Source: Eledone cirrhosa (Eukaryota). From it: a DNA stretch of 64,000 bases. The stretch is taken from contig OZ024743.1 in assembly GCA_964016885.1 (NCBI GenBank), positions 116,808,001-116,872,000 of the forward strand, given 5' to 3'. The position numbers and the translations under genes are program-made. Below the pieces are notes generated by a model. That model made no database searches, had not been told where the DNA came from, and saw only the letters and a list, made by a program, of their open reading frames with translations. Shown here piece after piece: positions 26,868 through 40,753 of this stretch (position 1 is the stretch's first letter; every line of letters starts with the position of its first letter).

Positions 26868-27787
26868 TGTATGTATGTATTAAAGGTTGAAAGTTACTTA
26901 AACATAAAAATTGACTTTGAAAGTATAAGGCTGATAATTGAATGTAAAAAGATTGATAAGAAAGGCACAAAAAAAAACTTTACAGGTCTTTGTATGTATG
27001 TGTGTATTTTTATGTCTAAAATAAAGTGTTAAAGTTACTTATACAGAAAAATATAGTTTAAAAGTGTAAGGCCGATTGAAAAACTTACAGTTTAGTAAAT
27101 GAAAGTCAGCTTCGAAATGGAGTTTGAACGCGCTAATACAAACACACACACATATATCCGTCTTTTAGTGTGTCTGTTTATTTCTCTCTCTCTCTTTATC
27201 ATTATATCCCTCTTTATCATTATATTATAGATAATTGTTTCTACTTTAGGCACAAGGCCAGCAATTACCCAGTGCATTACTGGTACTTTATTTTATCGAC
27301 CCCGTAAGGATGAAAGGCAAAGTCAACCTCGGCGGGATGCTATTATTTTTTCTAAAACAAACTGTGTATGCGTTGATTGATTGAAATTCCCGCGTTCCTG
27401 TTTCTATGACGTCAATCGTAACCATACCAACATATATGTGTGTGTATGCACCCACATATATGTGTGTATATGTTTTTTTTCAATGTTTCTCTTTTCCACA
27501 AACACTTATAAGAGAAGGTAGCAATTTTAAGAGGAGGTGATGAAGGGAGTAGATATAGGAAACGTATATCATATGAGAGAAGAGAAATCATCGATTGTTG
27601 AAATAAATCGATTTTTCGGTAATTGTTGAATTTTTTTACCCAATAAGTTCGCCCATGACCCAAGTTAGAATATTTGTAAACATTCTGCTTAATTATTCAT
27701 TCAATATTTTGGGAATTGTGTAAATGTATAAAATTGAAACATACATACAGACACAAAAATCTGCCTTTTATAGATAATGATACATAC

Positions 27788-27790
<3 letters not shown>
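24060..27790 (-). mobile_element. Helitron, internally deleted, inserted in (TA)n
   Basis: Minus-strand 3' end acccgagcaacgccgggctaaactgCTAG|t (hairpin plus CTAG) at 24060-24088. Candidate 5' a|TCtgtatg at 27790. RepHel fragments inside; subterminal ~120-bp repeats at 26395-27075; partial SINE at 27233-27338. Confidence 0.85.
24374..26376 (-). pseudogene. Helitron RepHel pseudogene: N-terminus/zinc region fused to PIF1-type helicase, Rep domain missing
   Basis: MPPKKRSRL start; CQFCNATKWAGE..MCCLNGKV zinc motif; APGGTGKTF Walker A (~25590-25615); LIVWDECTM; AMSINKSQGQTL and FSHGQLYVACSR helicase motifs. Contains frameshifts. Confidence 0.9.
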
Positions 27791-27850
<60 letters not shown>

Positions 27851-27853
<3 letters not shown>

Positions 27854-27935
27854 TCCGCTCGGGGGTGAAATTAGAAAATGTTTGCTTAAAATTTATATTC
27901 GTGCTAATAATACATATTTGACTTACGAGTTGATG

Positions 27936-28017
<82 letters not shown>

Positions 28018-28330
28018 CACATCAACTCGTAAGTCAAATATATATTATTAGCACGAATATAAATTTTAAGCAAACATTTTCTGCTTTCACCCCCGAGCGG
28101 AATATTCTGGAAATAAGATATATCAATCCCTGGACGCAGCTATATATTTCCAAAAGAAGTGCGAGCAATTATTGCTTGTAAAAAATAGAAACACGTAAGT
28201 GAGAAAACATTCCCTTAAGATATGGTGAGCTGATGTAAAGAGAATACAAGATCTAATTACGTCATTAAGTGAACCGGGAAGAACAAATACTTGACAAGAA
28301 AAATATCAGTAGCTTAATTTTATTTATAAA
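27851..28330 (-). mobile_element. Fold-back HHR-like element with a (TA)n spacer; ~90-bp cassette also at 23823-23912
   Basis: 27853-27935 is inverted at 28020-28100. Minus strand CAGAATA-ttccgctcgggggt-GAAA-gcagaaaatgtttgc-TT-aaaat at ~28062-28113. Confidence 0.65.
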
Positions 28331-29144
28331 CTAGCATCAGTACCCAGCATTAGCTGGGTAGGTAGAACATAATCTCTGCTTTGTTGAAAAGGTGTTGATT
28401 TTAGCGACTGCTTCTCGAGACTCATCTATGGCCACACGCAGGCCATGCGGGGGAGGGTGGTGCTGACCTCTATCACTGAGAAACGCGGGTGGCTGACGAA
28501 GGGGTATGCTGGTGGAGGGAGTTTCGAATTTGAACGAAATCGGTTGAAAAATCTGGGAGCTAGAGCCGAAAAGGCGGAAATTTGAGCGAAAATGTGGTAT
28601 TTTCGAATATTTAAGCGGCTACCACGCCGTTCGTTAATAAAAAGTCCAAAATGTAAAGCCATTGACAGACGTGAAATAATCAGATCTTGCGCAGTGTAAA
28701 TGTGGAACAAAGTAGATTGATTAATGTGGGAGCTAGAGCCGAAAAAGAGGATATTTGACTCTAAAAGTGGTATTTTTGAATATTTAAGCGGCTGTCGCGC
28801 CGTCTCTGAACAACAGATGCAAAGTATAAAGCAATTACAGGATGTGCCATGATAAATTCTCTTTTTCTTTAAGATTTGAACGAAATCGGTGGCAAAATGT
28901 GGGATCTAGAGCCAAAAATCTTATTTTTCGATACCTAAAACAAGGTGAGCGCCCCCCCCCCCCCTATCGATTCTTATCCACAGAATGACTCCGGAATAAA
29001 AAAAAAAACGATACGCTAATATATAGAAAACACTCCCCCATGACTAATCTATGAGCCTGTAACGTTTCATGAAAATCGGTCGTAAGATGTAGGCCCCTAT
29101 AGGTAATACACAGACACACACACATAATTTTATCTACATACAGA
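28331..29144 (-). mobile_element. Non-autonomous Helitron
   Basis: Minus strand a|TCtgtatgtag... to tacccagctaatgctgggtactgatgCTAG|t. Internal repeats with gaaatcggt / gggagctagagcc. Confidence 0.75.
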
Positions 29145-29254
29145 TTATTCGAATATTTTCCTGCTACCATGTATGGAAAAATTGTTGTTAGAAGAAATGT
29201 GATTAAACCTCAAGATATTGAGGGTATCAATAATAATAATAATAATAATATTAA

Positions 29255-29448
29255 TAATTGCTTCTACTTGTTGGCACAAGGCCAGCAATTACCCAGTGAA
29301 TTACTGGTACTTTATTTTATCGACCCCGTAAGTATGAAAGGCAAAGTTAACCTCGGTGGGATTTGAACTCAGAATGGCAAGGGCTGTAACTCTATGCGTT
29401 AAAGCATGGCGTCCGACCCTCTACCGATACTGCCAATCTACCGCCCTC

Positions 29449-29449
<1 letters not shown>
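29255..29449 (-). mobile_element. SINE family A in (TAA)n
   Basis: Reverse complement of 639-833, with (TAA)n on both sides. Confidence 0.9.
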
Positions 29450-29493
<44 letters not shown>

Positions 29494-29519
29494 CTTTCTT
29501 TATTTTAATAATAATAATA

Positions 29520-29693
29520 ATTGTTTCTGCTTTTGGCACAAGGCCACCAGTGTATTACTGGTACTTTATTTTATCGACCCCGTAAGGCAAAGTTAACCTC
29601 GGCGGGATTTGAACTCAGACCATAAAGAACTGTAACGCTTTGCTGCAAAGCATGGCGTCAGAACCTCTACCGATACTGCCAATTCGCGTCCCT
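29520..29693 (-). mobile_element. SINE family A
   Basis: As above, with small deletions. Confidence 0.85.
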
Positions 29694-29694
29694 C

Positions 29695-32600
29695 GGAGAG
29701 GAACCAGACTGGTTCAAACCTACCCATCAATTCGGTTTAAACCTTCCCATCAATTCGGAGCTGGAGACCTCCCATAACCGGAATACTCCTACTGTTGGCC
29801 CTCCATGCTCACCACCAAGAAATCAAAAGAAAAAGAGAGAAAAATGGTCAAGGGAAGACAATAAAGAAGACCTGAGGCTTTCTACACTGCCATCAAATAG
29901 ATCGAATACAGAACAGACATATCAACTGGAAAAAGAAACATTCCGAATACAGAGGCTATATTGACAGTAACAAACTAGCCAATATACGAAGAAATATTGT
30001 TAAAAAAAGTTACTAACTGATATAGAAATTGATCAGATCAAGCAATTAGCACAAAGTCAGCGAAGGGAAAATGAAACATGTGTCAGTGAAAACGAGGTAA
30101 ATTGTAACACTTCGAATCCCAGGGTTGGGGCGGAATCACTGACAGCAGAACAAATTAAAGAAAGGATCGAAAAATTGCAGGGAGTGCATGCACAGGATGA
30201 AACTCAAATTGAGAACAATGAAATCGTAAATGATAAAGAAATGAATGAGAATCAACTTGCCAACTTGAAGAATAAAATTATGATCGAATGGATGAAAATG
30301 AAAGAATCTCACATGGGGGAAGGAGACACTCTCCCTAAGATCCAGAACTCCAAACAGAACCAAAAGATAATACACAAGACTAACATAATTCTCAAAAACA
30401 TCATCACAAACAAACTAAACATTACTGATCTAAATCATCTCTATTATGCATTGGCTAAAGTCACCACTCACTAATGTGGAGTGAAAATGAAAGAACAAAG
30501 GAATTCCCACAAGAAATCTACTTGGCAAGAGAACATCAATCGCCAAATAAACCTTCTCCGATCTGACATAGAAAGTTTAACAAACTACAAAGTAGGTGAA
30601 CATGTTAAACAAACTAAACTTAGAAAATTGAAAAGAAATACAGTATAAAATCAACAAGTGACATAGACATGCTGATAGAAATAATCAAGCAAAAAGTGTC
30701 GGCCAAAGGTGCTTGTATAAGGCGCTTTGAAAAACGATCTAGATTCTATAAGGACAATAATATGTTCAAAGACAACCAAAGAAACTTCTACAGAAAAATT
30801 GGCAAGTCAACAATAACTGCTAAATCAATACCACCCAAGGAGGAAGTGCAAGAATTCAAGGAAAAAGATCTGGGCCGAATAAAAATTTCATAATATACAT
30901 GCCCCATGGATAGAGAGACAAATGAATGATACAGGTCACCTTGAGGAACAAACATGGGAAAATATAACAGTTGAACAGTTGCGTTTGGCTCTTAGAAAAA
31001 CCAGCAAATGGAAATCCCCAGGAAAAGACAAAATACCAAATTTTGGGATAAATGCCTTCACAGAGTCTCATCAGCTGTTAGCCCAACTTTACAATGAAAT
31101 AGTTAAGGAGCCAGAAAAGATACCATCATGGTTAGTTAACGGCTTTACATTCCTACTTCCAAAAAAAGATGAGACAAACAATCCCAAAAATTACAGACCG
31201 ATAACTTGCTTGACCACAATGTATAAAATGTTAACATCAGTCCTAACTGAATATACATATGACCACCTGATAACAAATGACCTATTTCCCAATGAGAAGA
31301 AAGGCTGTAAACGAGGCTCATGTGACTGTAAAGATCAGCTTTTGGTTAACAAAATGATACTGGATGATTGTCATAATAGACACAAAAATCTATCAATTGC
31401 TTGGATAGATTATAAAAAAGCATTCGATAGTTTGCCACACAGTTGGATTGAAAAATGTTTAGAGATTTTCAAAATATCTCCCGTTGTCAGGAGGTTCCGG
31501 TCATTCAGTATGAAGACATGGTAAACGACACTCCTTTTGAATAGTGAAAAACAATCACTGGAAGCTGGAGAAGTTAATATTAATTGTGGACTCTTTATCA
31601 CTGCTTTTATTCTGCACCGCACTTATACCATTAAGTAAAATGCTCAATGAAAACATGGATATAAAGTCTATGATAAAATCATTAATCACTTGTTCTACAT
31701 GGATGACCTGAAACTATTTGCAAAAAATGATGAACAGTTACAAGGGCTATTATCGACTGTCAAGCAGTCAAGTGATGACGTTAAAATGGAGTTTGGACTA
31801 GATAAATGCTCCAAAGCAACGTTCACCAGAGGAAAGCTGTTGAAAAGTTCAGACATTAATCTTGATCGGGGGAATGTGATAAGAGAACTTGATCAAGAGG
31901 AAACTTACAAATATCTAGGTGTTTGTGAGGGAGACGGAATCAAGCACTCGACAATGAGGGAAAGGATAAGCAAGGAATATTACCGCAGAGTAACAGCAAT
32001 CTTAAGAACGGAATTGAATGCAAGGAATAGGATCGATGCCATAAACACTCTTGCCTACAGTTACAATATCATCAACTGGTCAAGCACAGATATCCGTAGG
32101 CTCGATACAAAAATTAGAAAATGCTTAACCATGCACAGAATACATCACCCTAAGGCAGATACAGATAGTAAATATCTCCCTGGGAAAGAAGGATGATGTG
32201 GGTTAATCCAGTTAGATATTGCGTTGAAAACTGCAACAATTGGATTATCTACATATCTAAGGGAATCACATGATTGGATGATCAAACTCGTTTTCAAACA
32301 CGAAAGCATCAAAAGATCTTACTCCATTACAAAAGATGCACAAAGATACAGTAATGGACTACAAATTTCAGAAGTTCCATTTACTGCTTAAATGAAAAAC
32401 AGAAAAAGCAAGGCAGGTAAAAGTAACTGAAAAGAAAGAACTGCTACAGAAATTGGCTAAGAAATGGAAAGAAAAGCCTCTGTATGGAAAATACCCAGAA
32501 AAGCTAACAATTCTGATGTTGACAAAACTTTAACCCATCAGTGGTTGGCATCCTCTGGACTGAAATCGGAGACTGAAGGACTGATGATATCACTACAAGA

Positions 32601-33556
32601 TCAGTGTCTGCCAACAAAAATTTACCACGCCAACATAATTGTCTCTACTTTAGGCACAAGGCCAGCAATTACCCAGTGCATTACTGGTACTTTATTTTAT
32701 CGACCCCGTAAGGATGAAAGGCAAAGTCAACCTCGGCGGATTTGAACTCAGATCGTAAAGGGACGTAACTATGCTGGAAAGCATGGCGTTCAGCCCTCTA
32801 CTGATACTGCCAATCCACCATAATAAAAAGTGGATGCAAACCATTATGCCGTGTATGTAAAGAACAACCAGAGACCATTGATCATATAATTTCAATGTGT
32901 AATCCTATAGCTCCAACCGAATACCTAAACAGGACCGACAGATCTGCGCAATACATACATTGGATAATGCGTAAGCATTTTGACCTGCCCCATCAAAATT
33001 ATTGGTGGGGGAGAATTAACCACCACCCGTACTTGAAAAAGATCACATCTCAATCTTGTGGACATTTAGCATCCAAACAGACCGAAATATAGATGCAAAT
33101 AGACCTGATATAATACTGAAAGACTTTAAAACGAGGGTATGCCTGCTAATTGATATGTCCGTTCCAATAGACAGGAATGTATCTATAAAAACATTTGAAA
33201 AATTGAGCAAGTATAAGGACCTGGAGATAGAAATTGGAAAAATGTGGATATTGAGAACTAAAACAATACCAGTGGTTGTAGGCGCTCTAGGAATGATACC
33301 TAAGGGGTCTAATGATTGCTTATCGCAAATCCCAGGAAACCCGCGTATAGGAAAAATACAAAAGATAGTACTAATGGGAACTGCTCATATACTAAGGAAG
33401 ATTCTGTCAATATAAGTACATCACAAGTCTAAACACCTAAAGATACATGTGTGTGTATGTATGTCCTTACTTGAACATGGCGGACCTTGTTGTCTCTTGA
33501 GGTCACTGGTTGTGACTTGATAAGTCATATGAACATAAAGCAAGATAAATGCAATT
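29695..33556 (+). mobile_element. Near-full-length decayed R4/Dong-like non-LTR retrotransposon
   Basis: WKSPGKDKIPN, NYRPITCL, WIDYKKAFDS, FYMDDLKLFA (RT); NRPDIILKD..LIDMSVP..EKLSKYKDL (RLE). Ends in (TAA)n; many stops and frameshifts. Confidence 0.92.
32639..32820 (-). mobile_element. SINE family A inserted into the R4-like element
   Basis: Full SINE interrupting the ORF, flanked by cataat ... cataat (candidate TSD overlapping the SINE ends). Confidence 0.9.
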
Positions 33557-33674
33557 ATAATAATAATTGTTGCTCCGTTAGGCACAAGCCCAGCAATTAC
33601 CCAGTGTATTACTGGTACATTATTTTATCGACCCCGTAAGGATGAAAGGCAAACTATAATAATAATGATAATAA

Positions 33675-34195
33675 TTTACCACATTCTGAGAAGTGGTATG
33701 AGCATAAGCCAGAGTCGGTGATAGAAAACGAACAGGTGAAGGTGCTATGGGATTTTAGGATACAGACGGACAAGAAACTGGAACACAACGGACCTGACCT
33801 GGTGGTTTTAGACAAGGAAAAAAGATCGTGCCTGATTGTAGATGGAGCCTGCCCATTCGACACGAGACTGCAAGAGAAGGAAAAGGGAAAGGGAGAAAAT
33901 TAACCGATACCAGGACTTAAAGTGGGAGGTAAAAAGGATGTGGAACTGCCATGAAATCAAAGTGGTCCCGATTGTCATAGGCGCCCTAGGTACTATCTCA
34001 AAGAGTTTCCAAGGATGGTTAAGGAAAATTAGTCCAGCACCGCTTTTTGGAACACTTCAAAAGGCATGCTTGCTGGGAACAGCAAGAACCCTCCGATACG
34101 TCCTGAATATCTGAGGCTGCAGATAGTGGCTTGATATTCATTTCAACAAATTTTCCAGTTAAATAACATCAATGTCTGAGACTCAAAGAACAACA
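33675..34195 (+). mobile_element. 3' fragment (~520 bp) of a second R4/Dong family in (TAA)n
   Basis: KVLWDFRIQTDKKLEHNGPDLVV (RLE). Nearly colinear with 36708-37207. Preceded by a 5'-truncated SINE at 33565-33653. Confidence 0.9.
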
Positions 34196-34210
34196 ATAAT
34201 AATAATAATA

Positions 34211-37205
34211 CCTGGAACAAAGATACGGCCATTGAGGAAATGAATGCTGAAGGGCTAGGACAAGATTTGGTTGGTATCCAAACTTAGTGGTAGATGAAAT
34301 GAACAATGATAGTGGGAAACCTATGAACCTAAGATTTGTAGACAGGAAAAAGTTAAAAGAAACAACAGCTAAGGTAAACAAAGTTATCCCATACCTTGAT
34401 GCGAGGAACCTTCACCAGTGCAACAATATCCTCAAAGCAACAGCAAATACGGTGAGGAAATTACTTGGCATAAAAGCGAGAGGAAACAAAAGACAAGAAA
34501 GATCAGAACCTTGGTGGAAGAAACGACTGAGTGGTCAAATCAGGGAAATGAGAAATGACATTGGAAAGCTTGAGGCCCTACTGAATAGGACACTACAAAA
34601 CATAGACACTAAAATTAGACTGGACATAAAGTACAAAACTAGGAGGAAAAAGCTAAATATTATCATAGAGGAACTGAAGCAACGCATTGTAGCAAAGAGC
34701 GCAAAGATTAGGTGATACGAGAGCAGACTCTGTCAGTATAGACAGAACCGCATGTTTGACAACAACCAGAAGATGCTGTTTGGACAGCTTGAAGGGAAAG
34801 AAAGAGGCAACGACTTGATCCCTGAGGCGGAACAAACTAAAACATTCTGGAGAGGAATATGGGAGCAGGATGTTGAACATAATGATCAGGCAGTGTGGAT
34901 TGAGACAGTACAAAAGGATATTAGTGAACAGGCACACCAACAAACTGATTTGAGTATCACAGTTAAAACTCTTAAGGGGCAGCCCAGAAAACTAACCAAG
35001 TGGAAATCACCAGGCCCAGATGGTGTGCAGGGGTATTGGATTAAAAATATAACATCCATCAACTCGAAACTGACAACCATGTTCAATGACTGCCTGATGT
35101 CAGGTGAGGTACCAGAGTGGTTGACAAAAGGTACCACAGTTCTGGTAATGAAAGACCGAACCAAAGGTCATGATGTTACCAACTATAGACCTATCACATG
35201 TCTGTCCGTAATGTGGAAACTGTTAACAAGCATTGTGTCTGAGGAAATCTACCATCACCTCCACATAAACAACTTGTTACCGGACGAACAGAAAGGATGC
35301 CGAAAGAAATCCCGTGGTACAAAGGACCAGTTACTTATTGATAAGATGTTAATGAGGAATTGCAGGAGGAGACACACTGGTCTTGACATGGGATGGATAG
35401 ACTACAAAAAGGCATTCGATATGGTACCACATTCTTGGATAACCAAAAGCCTAGAGATCTTCAGGGTGGCAGATAACATCAGACAGTTGTTGGGCAAAAG
35501 TATGAAGTCCTGGAAAACAGAGTTAACATCGGGCGGAGAATCCTTGGGAGGCGTGAGGATCAAGGTGGGTATCTTCCAGGGAGATAGTTTGTCCCCTCTG
35601 TTGTTTGTCGTTGCCCTGATCCCCTGACTATTGTACTGCGAAAAGTGAGAGCAGGATACAAGTTGGGAAAGGGAGAGCTTACCATCAATCACATCATCTT
35701 CATGGATGATCTTAAGCTCTTCGGGAAGAGTGAGAGGAAGTTGGATGTGCTTATTGACACTGTCTGTATTTTTAGCAATGATATATGTATGCAATTTGGT
35801 ATTAGTAAGTGTGGAGTCCTGTGATGAAGAGGGGTAAATTGGGCAGAAGCAACGGAATCCAGATACCAACAGGTGAGATGATAAAGGAAATTGACACTGA
35901 AGAGGGATACAAGTATTTATGTGTTCTGGAGGCTGATGACATCAAGAACAAATGAATGAAGGAATTCATAAGATCTGACTACATTCGGAGAGTAAGCAGC
36001 GTATTAAAGTCACATCTGAACAGTAGGAATGCCATAAGTGCAGTACATTCTCGAGCTGTGTCTATTATTAGGTACAGTGCGGGAATTCTGAGATGGAATG
36101 TTGCTGAGCAAAAAGAAATGTATAGGAAGACTAGGAAGCTATTGACTGTCTACAACATGTTCCACAAAAGGAGTGATGTCGATAGACTCTACTTAAGGAG
36201 ATTTGAAGGTGGAAGAGGTCTTATAAGCATAGAGGACTGCTGTGTTCAGATGGAGAAACACAACCTACACAAATAGGTGACTGATAGTAGGGAGCTAATG
36301 CTCAGAATTGTACTGAAGGAGAGGACAATAGACCAGGGGATGTCCAAGGAGGAAATAACAACAAGGAGAAAGAGCAACCTTCATGAAAATCCCTCATAGT
36401 GCCTTCTTTGAGAAAACTGAATTTAGAGATCCACAGACATGGAACTGGTTGAAAAGAGGAGACCTTAAAAAGGCTACAGAAGGAATGCTAATGGCTGCGC
36501 ATAAGCAGGCCCTCAAAACGAAGTGGCTGAAACACCATATTTACAAGGAGGAGACTAGCCCACTGTGTAGGATCTGTAGAGAGAGAGAGAGAGGAGACTG
36601 TGGCTCACATTGTATCCTAGTGTAAACACCTAGCCCAGACTCACTATTAGGGCTGGAGACATGATGTGATGGGCAGGGTGATCCACTGGCACCTATGCAA
36701 AGTAAACAATTTACCACATTCTGAGAAGTGGTATGAGCATAAGCCAAAGTCGGTGATGGAAAACGATCAGGTGAAGTTGCTGTGAGATTTTAGGATAAAG
36801 ACGGACAAGAAACTGGAACACAATAGACCTGGACAAGGGAAAAAGATCGTGCCTGATTGTGGATGTAGCCTGCACATTCGACACGAGAGTGCAAGAGAAG
36901 GAGAGGGAGAAAATTAATCGATACCAGGACTTGAAGTGGGAGGTAAAAAGGATTTGGAACTGCCATGAAGTCAAAGTGGTCCCGATTGTCATAGGCGCAC
37001 TAGGTACTCTCTCAAAGAGTTTCCAAGGATGGTTAAAGAAAATTGGTCCCGCCCCGCTTTTTGGAACACTTCAAAAGGCATGCTTGCTGGGAACAGCAAG
37101 AACCCTCCGATACGTCCTCAATACTTGAGGCTGCTGGTAGTGGCTTGATATTCATTTAAAAAAACTTTCCAGTTAAATAACATCAATGACTGAGACACAA
37201 AGAAC

Positions 37206-37207
<2 letters not shown>
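34211..37207 (+). mobile_element. 5'-truncated R4/Dong-like retrotransposon (second family), disrupted
   Basis: EPWWKKRL, WKSPGPDGVQGYW, NYRPITCL, DYKKAFDMVPH, GIFQGDSLSP, FMDDLKLF, CRIC knuckle and RLE; (TAA)n on both sides. Followed by a truncated SINE at 37243-37322. Confidence 0.93.
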
Positions 37208-37244
<37 letters not shown>

Positions 37245-37323
37245 TGTTTCTACTTTTGGCACAAGGCCAGCAAATATCAGTGTATTACTGGTACTTTATT
37301 TTATCGACCCCGTAAGGATGAAC

Positions 37324-37371
<48 letters not shown>

Positions 37372-37620
37372 TTTCTTTATTAACCACAAGGGTTTGCATA
37401 AAGTAGACATTGAGGACAGTGCAGGACAATACAGGAGGGTAGAAATGGGCATTTCTGCGTGAAAAAACAAAAACAGAGGATGTAACAAAAAAAATAACAA
37501 TGAAAAATTCCCCAATAGGGGGGAGACTTCGGAGCGACATTTGTGGAGAAAGCCCAGTAAAAGGCCACAGTGACCCTGACCACCAAGGCAAGTGCTCTCT
37601 CCTAGTTTTCCACCTTTAAT

Positions 37621-40600
37621 TTACAGATACGTAATCAGAGTAGGCCCATTCACTCGGGCCATTCTTGCTTCTCTCACCCATCTTTCAACAAGATGCTGGG
37701 AAGAGAGCACTTCCCTCTCTACTCTGATTTCCCTTTTCAAATGAAATTTGAAAAAGTCAATCAGGGCATCACCGAAGAGGTAAGTGCTCGTCTTCAGCCC
37801 TTTCAAACGTGTCCACCATACTATCTCTTTCGCCATGGCCACCAGACATAAAATAACTGCCTGCCCTTCCCGGCTAAAGGAAGAGGGCGGGGCATACTCA
37901 CCATGGACTCAGATGATAGCCGGATCCGTCCTACACGCGACAGCAGGTGTTCGACATAAATCCACAAGTCAGCAATTTTCGGACACTGGACGAGTGCGTG
38001 CAGGACGCTTTCGTCGCCCTGCGCGCATCTCGGACATGCCCGGCTGACGGCACCTCCATGCCTGTAGAGTTTATCCCGAACTGGCAAGGCTCCTCGGTAG
38101 CACTGCCAGGCCAGGGATTTCTGGAAGTTGTCCATAGGTCCCGGCGCGAAAGTTCTTTAGAAGAGATTGGCTAGTTGATTTCCGTCGACGCCTAGAGTTT
38201 CCCCAAGTACGTCGTCGCTCTTCCCCTCCACTAATCCTCTATAGAACGCCGAGGTGGAGTTTCCACCGATCACATTGCCCGATTGGTCGAAGGCTGTGAG
38301 CGCCTGAAGACATTCCAGTCTCCAGGCGCTCCCTCTCGGTCTTCGCTTGACCCAGGACTGCAGCTCCGTCAAGGAAACGAGCTGGGGAAATACGTGTCTA
38401 GCAAACGGGGACCACACCTGATCACCGTCGAGGAAGAGGTGGAGATGTCGTAGCCTGAGCGCGTGTCTGCGCATCATCAGCCACGGCATGCCCAGCCCTC
38501 CACGTAGTGGGTGTTGACAGCAGATGGACCGCCTGACACAAAAAGCGAAAGAGCAAACGCTCCAGCGCAGTCAGGAGGGGCTTAGGACAAGGTACGACGA
38601 TCAGGCGGTAGCAGATGACAGATGACGCGATGTACGCATTAGCTACCTCCGCTCGACCTTTCAGAGATAGCTTCCTCTCCGCCCATTTCTGGGTGAAAGA
38701 AGCCACCCTGCTCGTCACCTCGTCCCAGTTTTTGTCCGTCTGGAGGTCCGGACCGAACCAGACCCCTAGCGATTTAACCGGTCCGTCCGTCCAGCGCCCG
38801 ACGACGCTGTTGGGCGGCATGGACCTGCCTCTCCAGGTGCCGAGCTGCAGGCCCACTGACTTTTCCTGGTTGATCATTGCTCCTGTCAACGCTTCGTATT
38901 CTCTTAGTGTAGTGCCGATCGCCTCGATGTGTTTGGCGTTCGACACCACTACGGTGACATCGTCCGCATATGCTGACACGGATCTTCCGCATCCTAGTTC
39001 GCGCGGGACGCCCCTCAACGTCTCCAGTTTGTGCAGTAATGGCTCGAGAGTCAATACGTACAATAGGGACGAGAGGGGACATCCTTGGTGGACCGAGCGC
39101 ATGATGTTGAACGGTTCCGAAAGGTGACCGTTCACTCTCACTACAGAGCAGATGTCGCTGTGCGTGGCAGCGATCCAGCCTCTGAAGACGGGCCCAAAGC
39201 CAGCCGCCCTCAGGACTGCCGCTAGGTAACGATAGTCGACCCTTTCGAAAGCTTTCGACTGATCTAAGTTGATCAAGGACCCACACGTGCCAGGTTCCCT
39301 AGCTACTCTCTCTACGATGTATCGCATGAGGTAGAGGTTGTCGTGGATGGATCTGTCGGGAATGGCGCATGTCTGCGCCTCTCCCACCAGACCACCAACG
39401 GCAAGCGCCAACCTCTTTGCTAGCACCTTGGCCAAAATCTTGAACTCTGTGTTTAGCAGGGTTATGGGCCTGAAATTATCTATGTTATCCCCCTTGTTCG
39501 GATCCTTTCTCAGCAGTGCGACCGCTCCTCGGCTCACACAACTGAGCGAAGTGTCGCTGAAAAGCTTCACATATTTGCCCGGGATTGAGTAGCATGCGCC
39601 CGTCGTGGTCCACCAAAGACCGGATCATGGCTTTGTTGCCACGTCGCGCCTCCGCCATACGGGCCCATTGAACGGCTTTCGTCCCCTCGTGTTTGAGAGC
39701 ACGCACCCTAGCTCTGACAACGCAGCCTTCGTGCTTTGCATTGAAGAATTGGTCAAGTGCCAATTTCGCCGCAAGCACATCGGTCGCGATGCATTTGCTA
39801 AGCGCCTCGTCTAATTTTCTAATTAGTCTCCCTCTGCTCTATTTTTCTCTATTGCTAAAGCCTTACTAAACCTAATGGATTCTATTCTAATCGCTCTTTT
39901 CAGAGCAAACCACCACTTGTTGTTGACTATGGCCCCCGTCAACGCCCGCTTAACTAGTTCGCTAATCCGGTCTCTGTAGGCCTTGAGCGCTGGTAAGGAC
40001 GCGTTTAGCTTCCAGTAGCCGGGTCCTCGTCTATGAAGCCTATCTAAGTCAAGCACACAGATCACGAATTTGTGCTCCGTGTAGCTGACTATCTTGAATT
40101 GTGGACAGCCTATGCTAGACCTATCTATTTCCCTACAAAATACTCTATCTAGATATGAATTGGATGATCCTATGCGATTTGTTCAAGTCCACATTGGCAC
40201 ATTCGGGAAATCCAATCGGTACCTGTTAGACAGTTCAAAACGCCTGAGCAGGTTGGTGGGACTCTTGCACCCGCCACCCCTATCCGCTAATCCCACACAG
40301 TCCCAGCGTGCATCTAAGATCCCGTTCCAGTCGCCCACTAACACTAAAGAGCGGGACGTTCCAAGAAAGGTCTCCAGACGCCGGAAGAAATCAGGCCGCT
40401 CTGCTCCTGTCGGGGCATAGACGGCCACTAGCCTGAAAGCTTGCCCGTCTCCGCTGGTCACGTCCAGCACCACCAGCTTACCCTCTGGGTCCAGGAAGAT
40501 GGCCCGTATGGCGAGATCCAAACCTCTCCGAAAACGCACAGCAACTCCTCCCCCCGATCCCGGACGGCTGGGAGATGCGTACACATCGTAGCCGCCGAAG

Positions 40601-40753
40601 ATCGGTGCGAAGGCCCGTGCTTCGCAGAACTTCTGGTCTCGCTGATGGCCACTACCTCTATGTTTAGTGACCTGAGGTCGTTCAGCAGGTGACCCTGCTC
40701 CATGACGGCCCCAAGCCACGCGCATTTATGCTGCCTATTCTGAGTGAGGTCAT
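37621..40753 (-). pseudogene. ORF2 (apurinic endonuclease, reverse transcriptase), frameshifted
   Basis: IGSINARGL, VAVYAPT, LVGDWNGILD, GPGYWKLNAS (APE); NFRPITLLNTEFKILAKVLA, DQSKAF, QGCPLS, AYADDV (RT); CPRC..ESVLHALVQC. Confidence 0.92.

Noticed and set aside
26395-27075. Regularly spaced aaagttactt repeats resembling a CRISPR-like array
   Set aside because: Eukaryotic Helitron subterminal repeats with similar, non-unique spacers and no cas genes.
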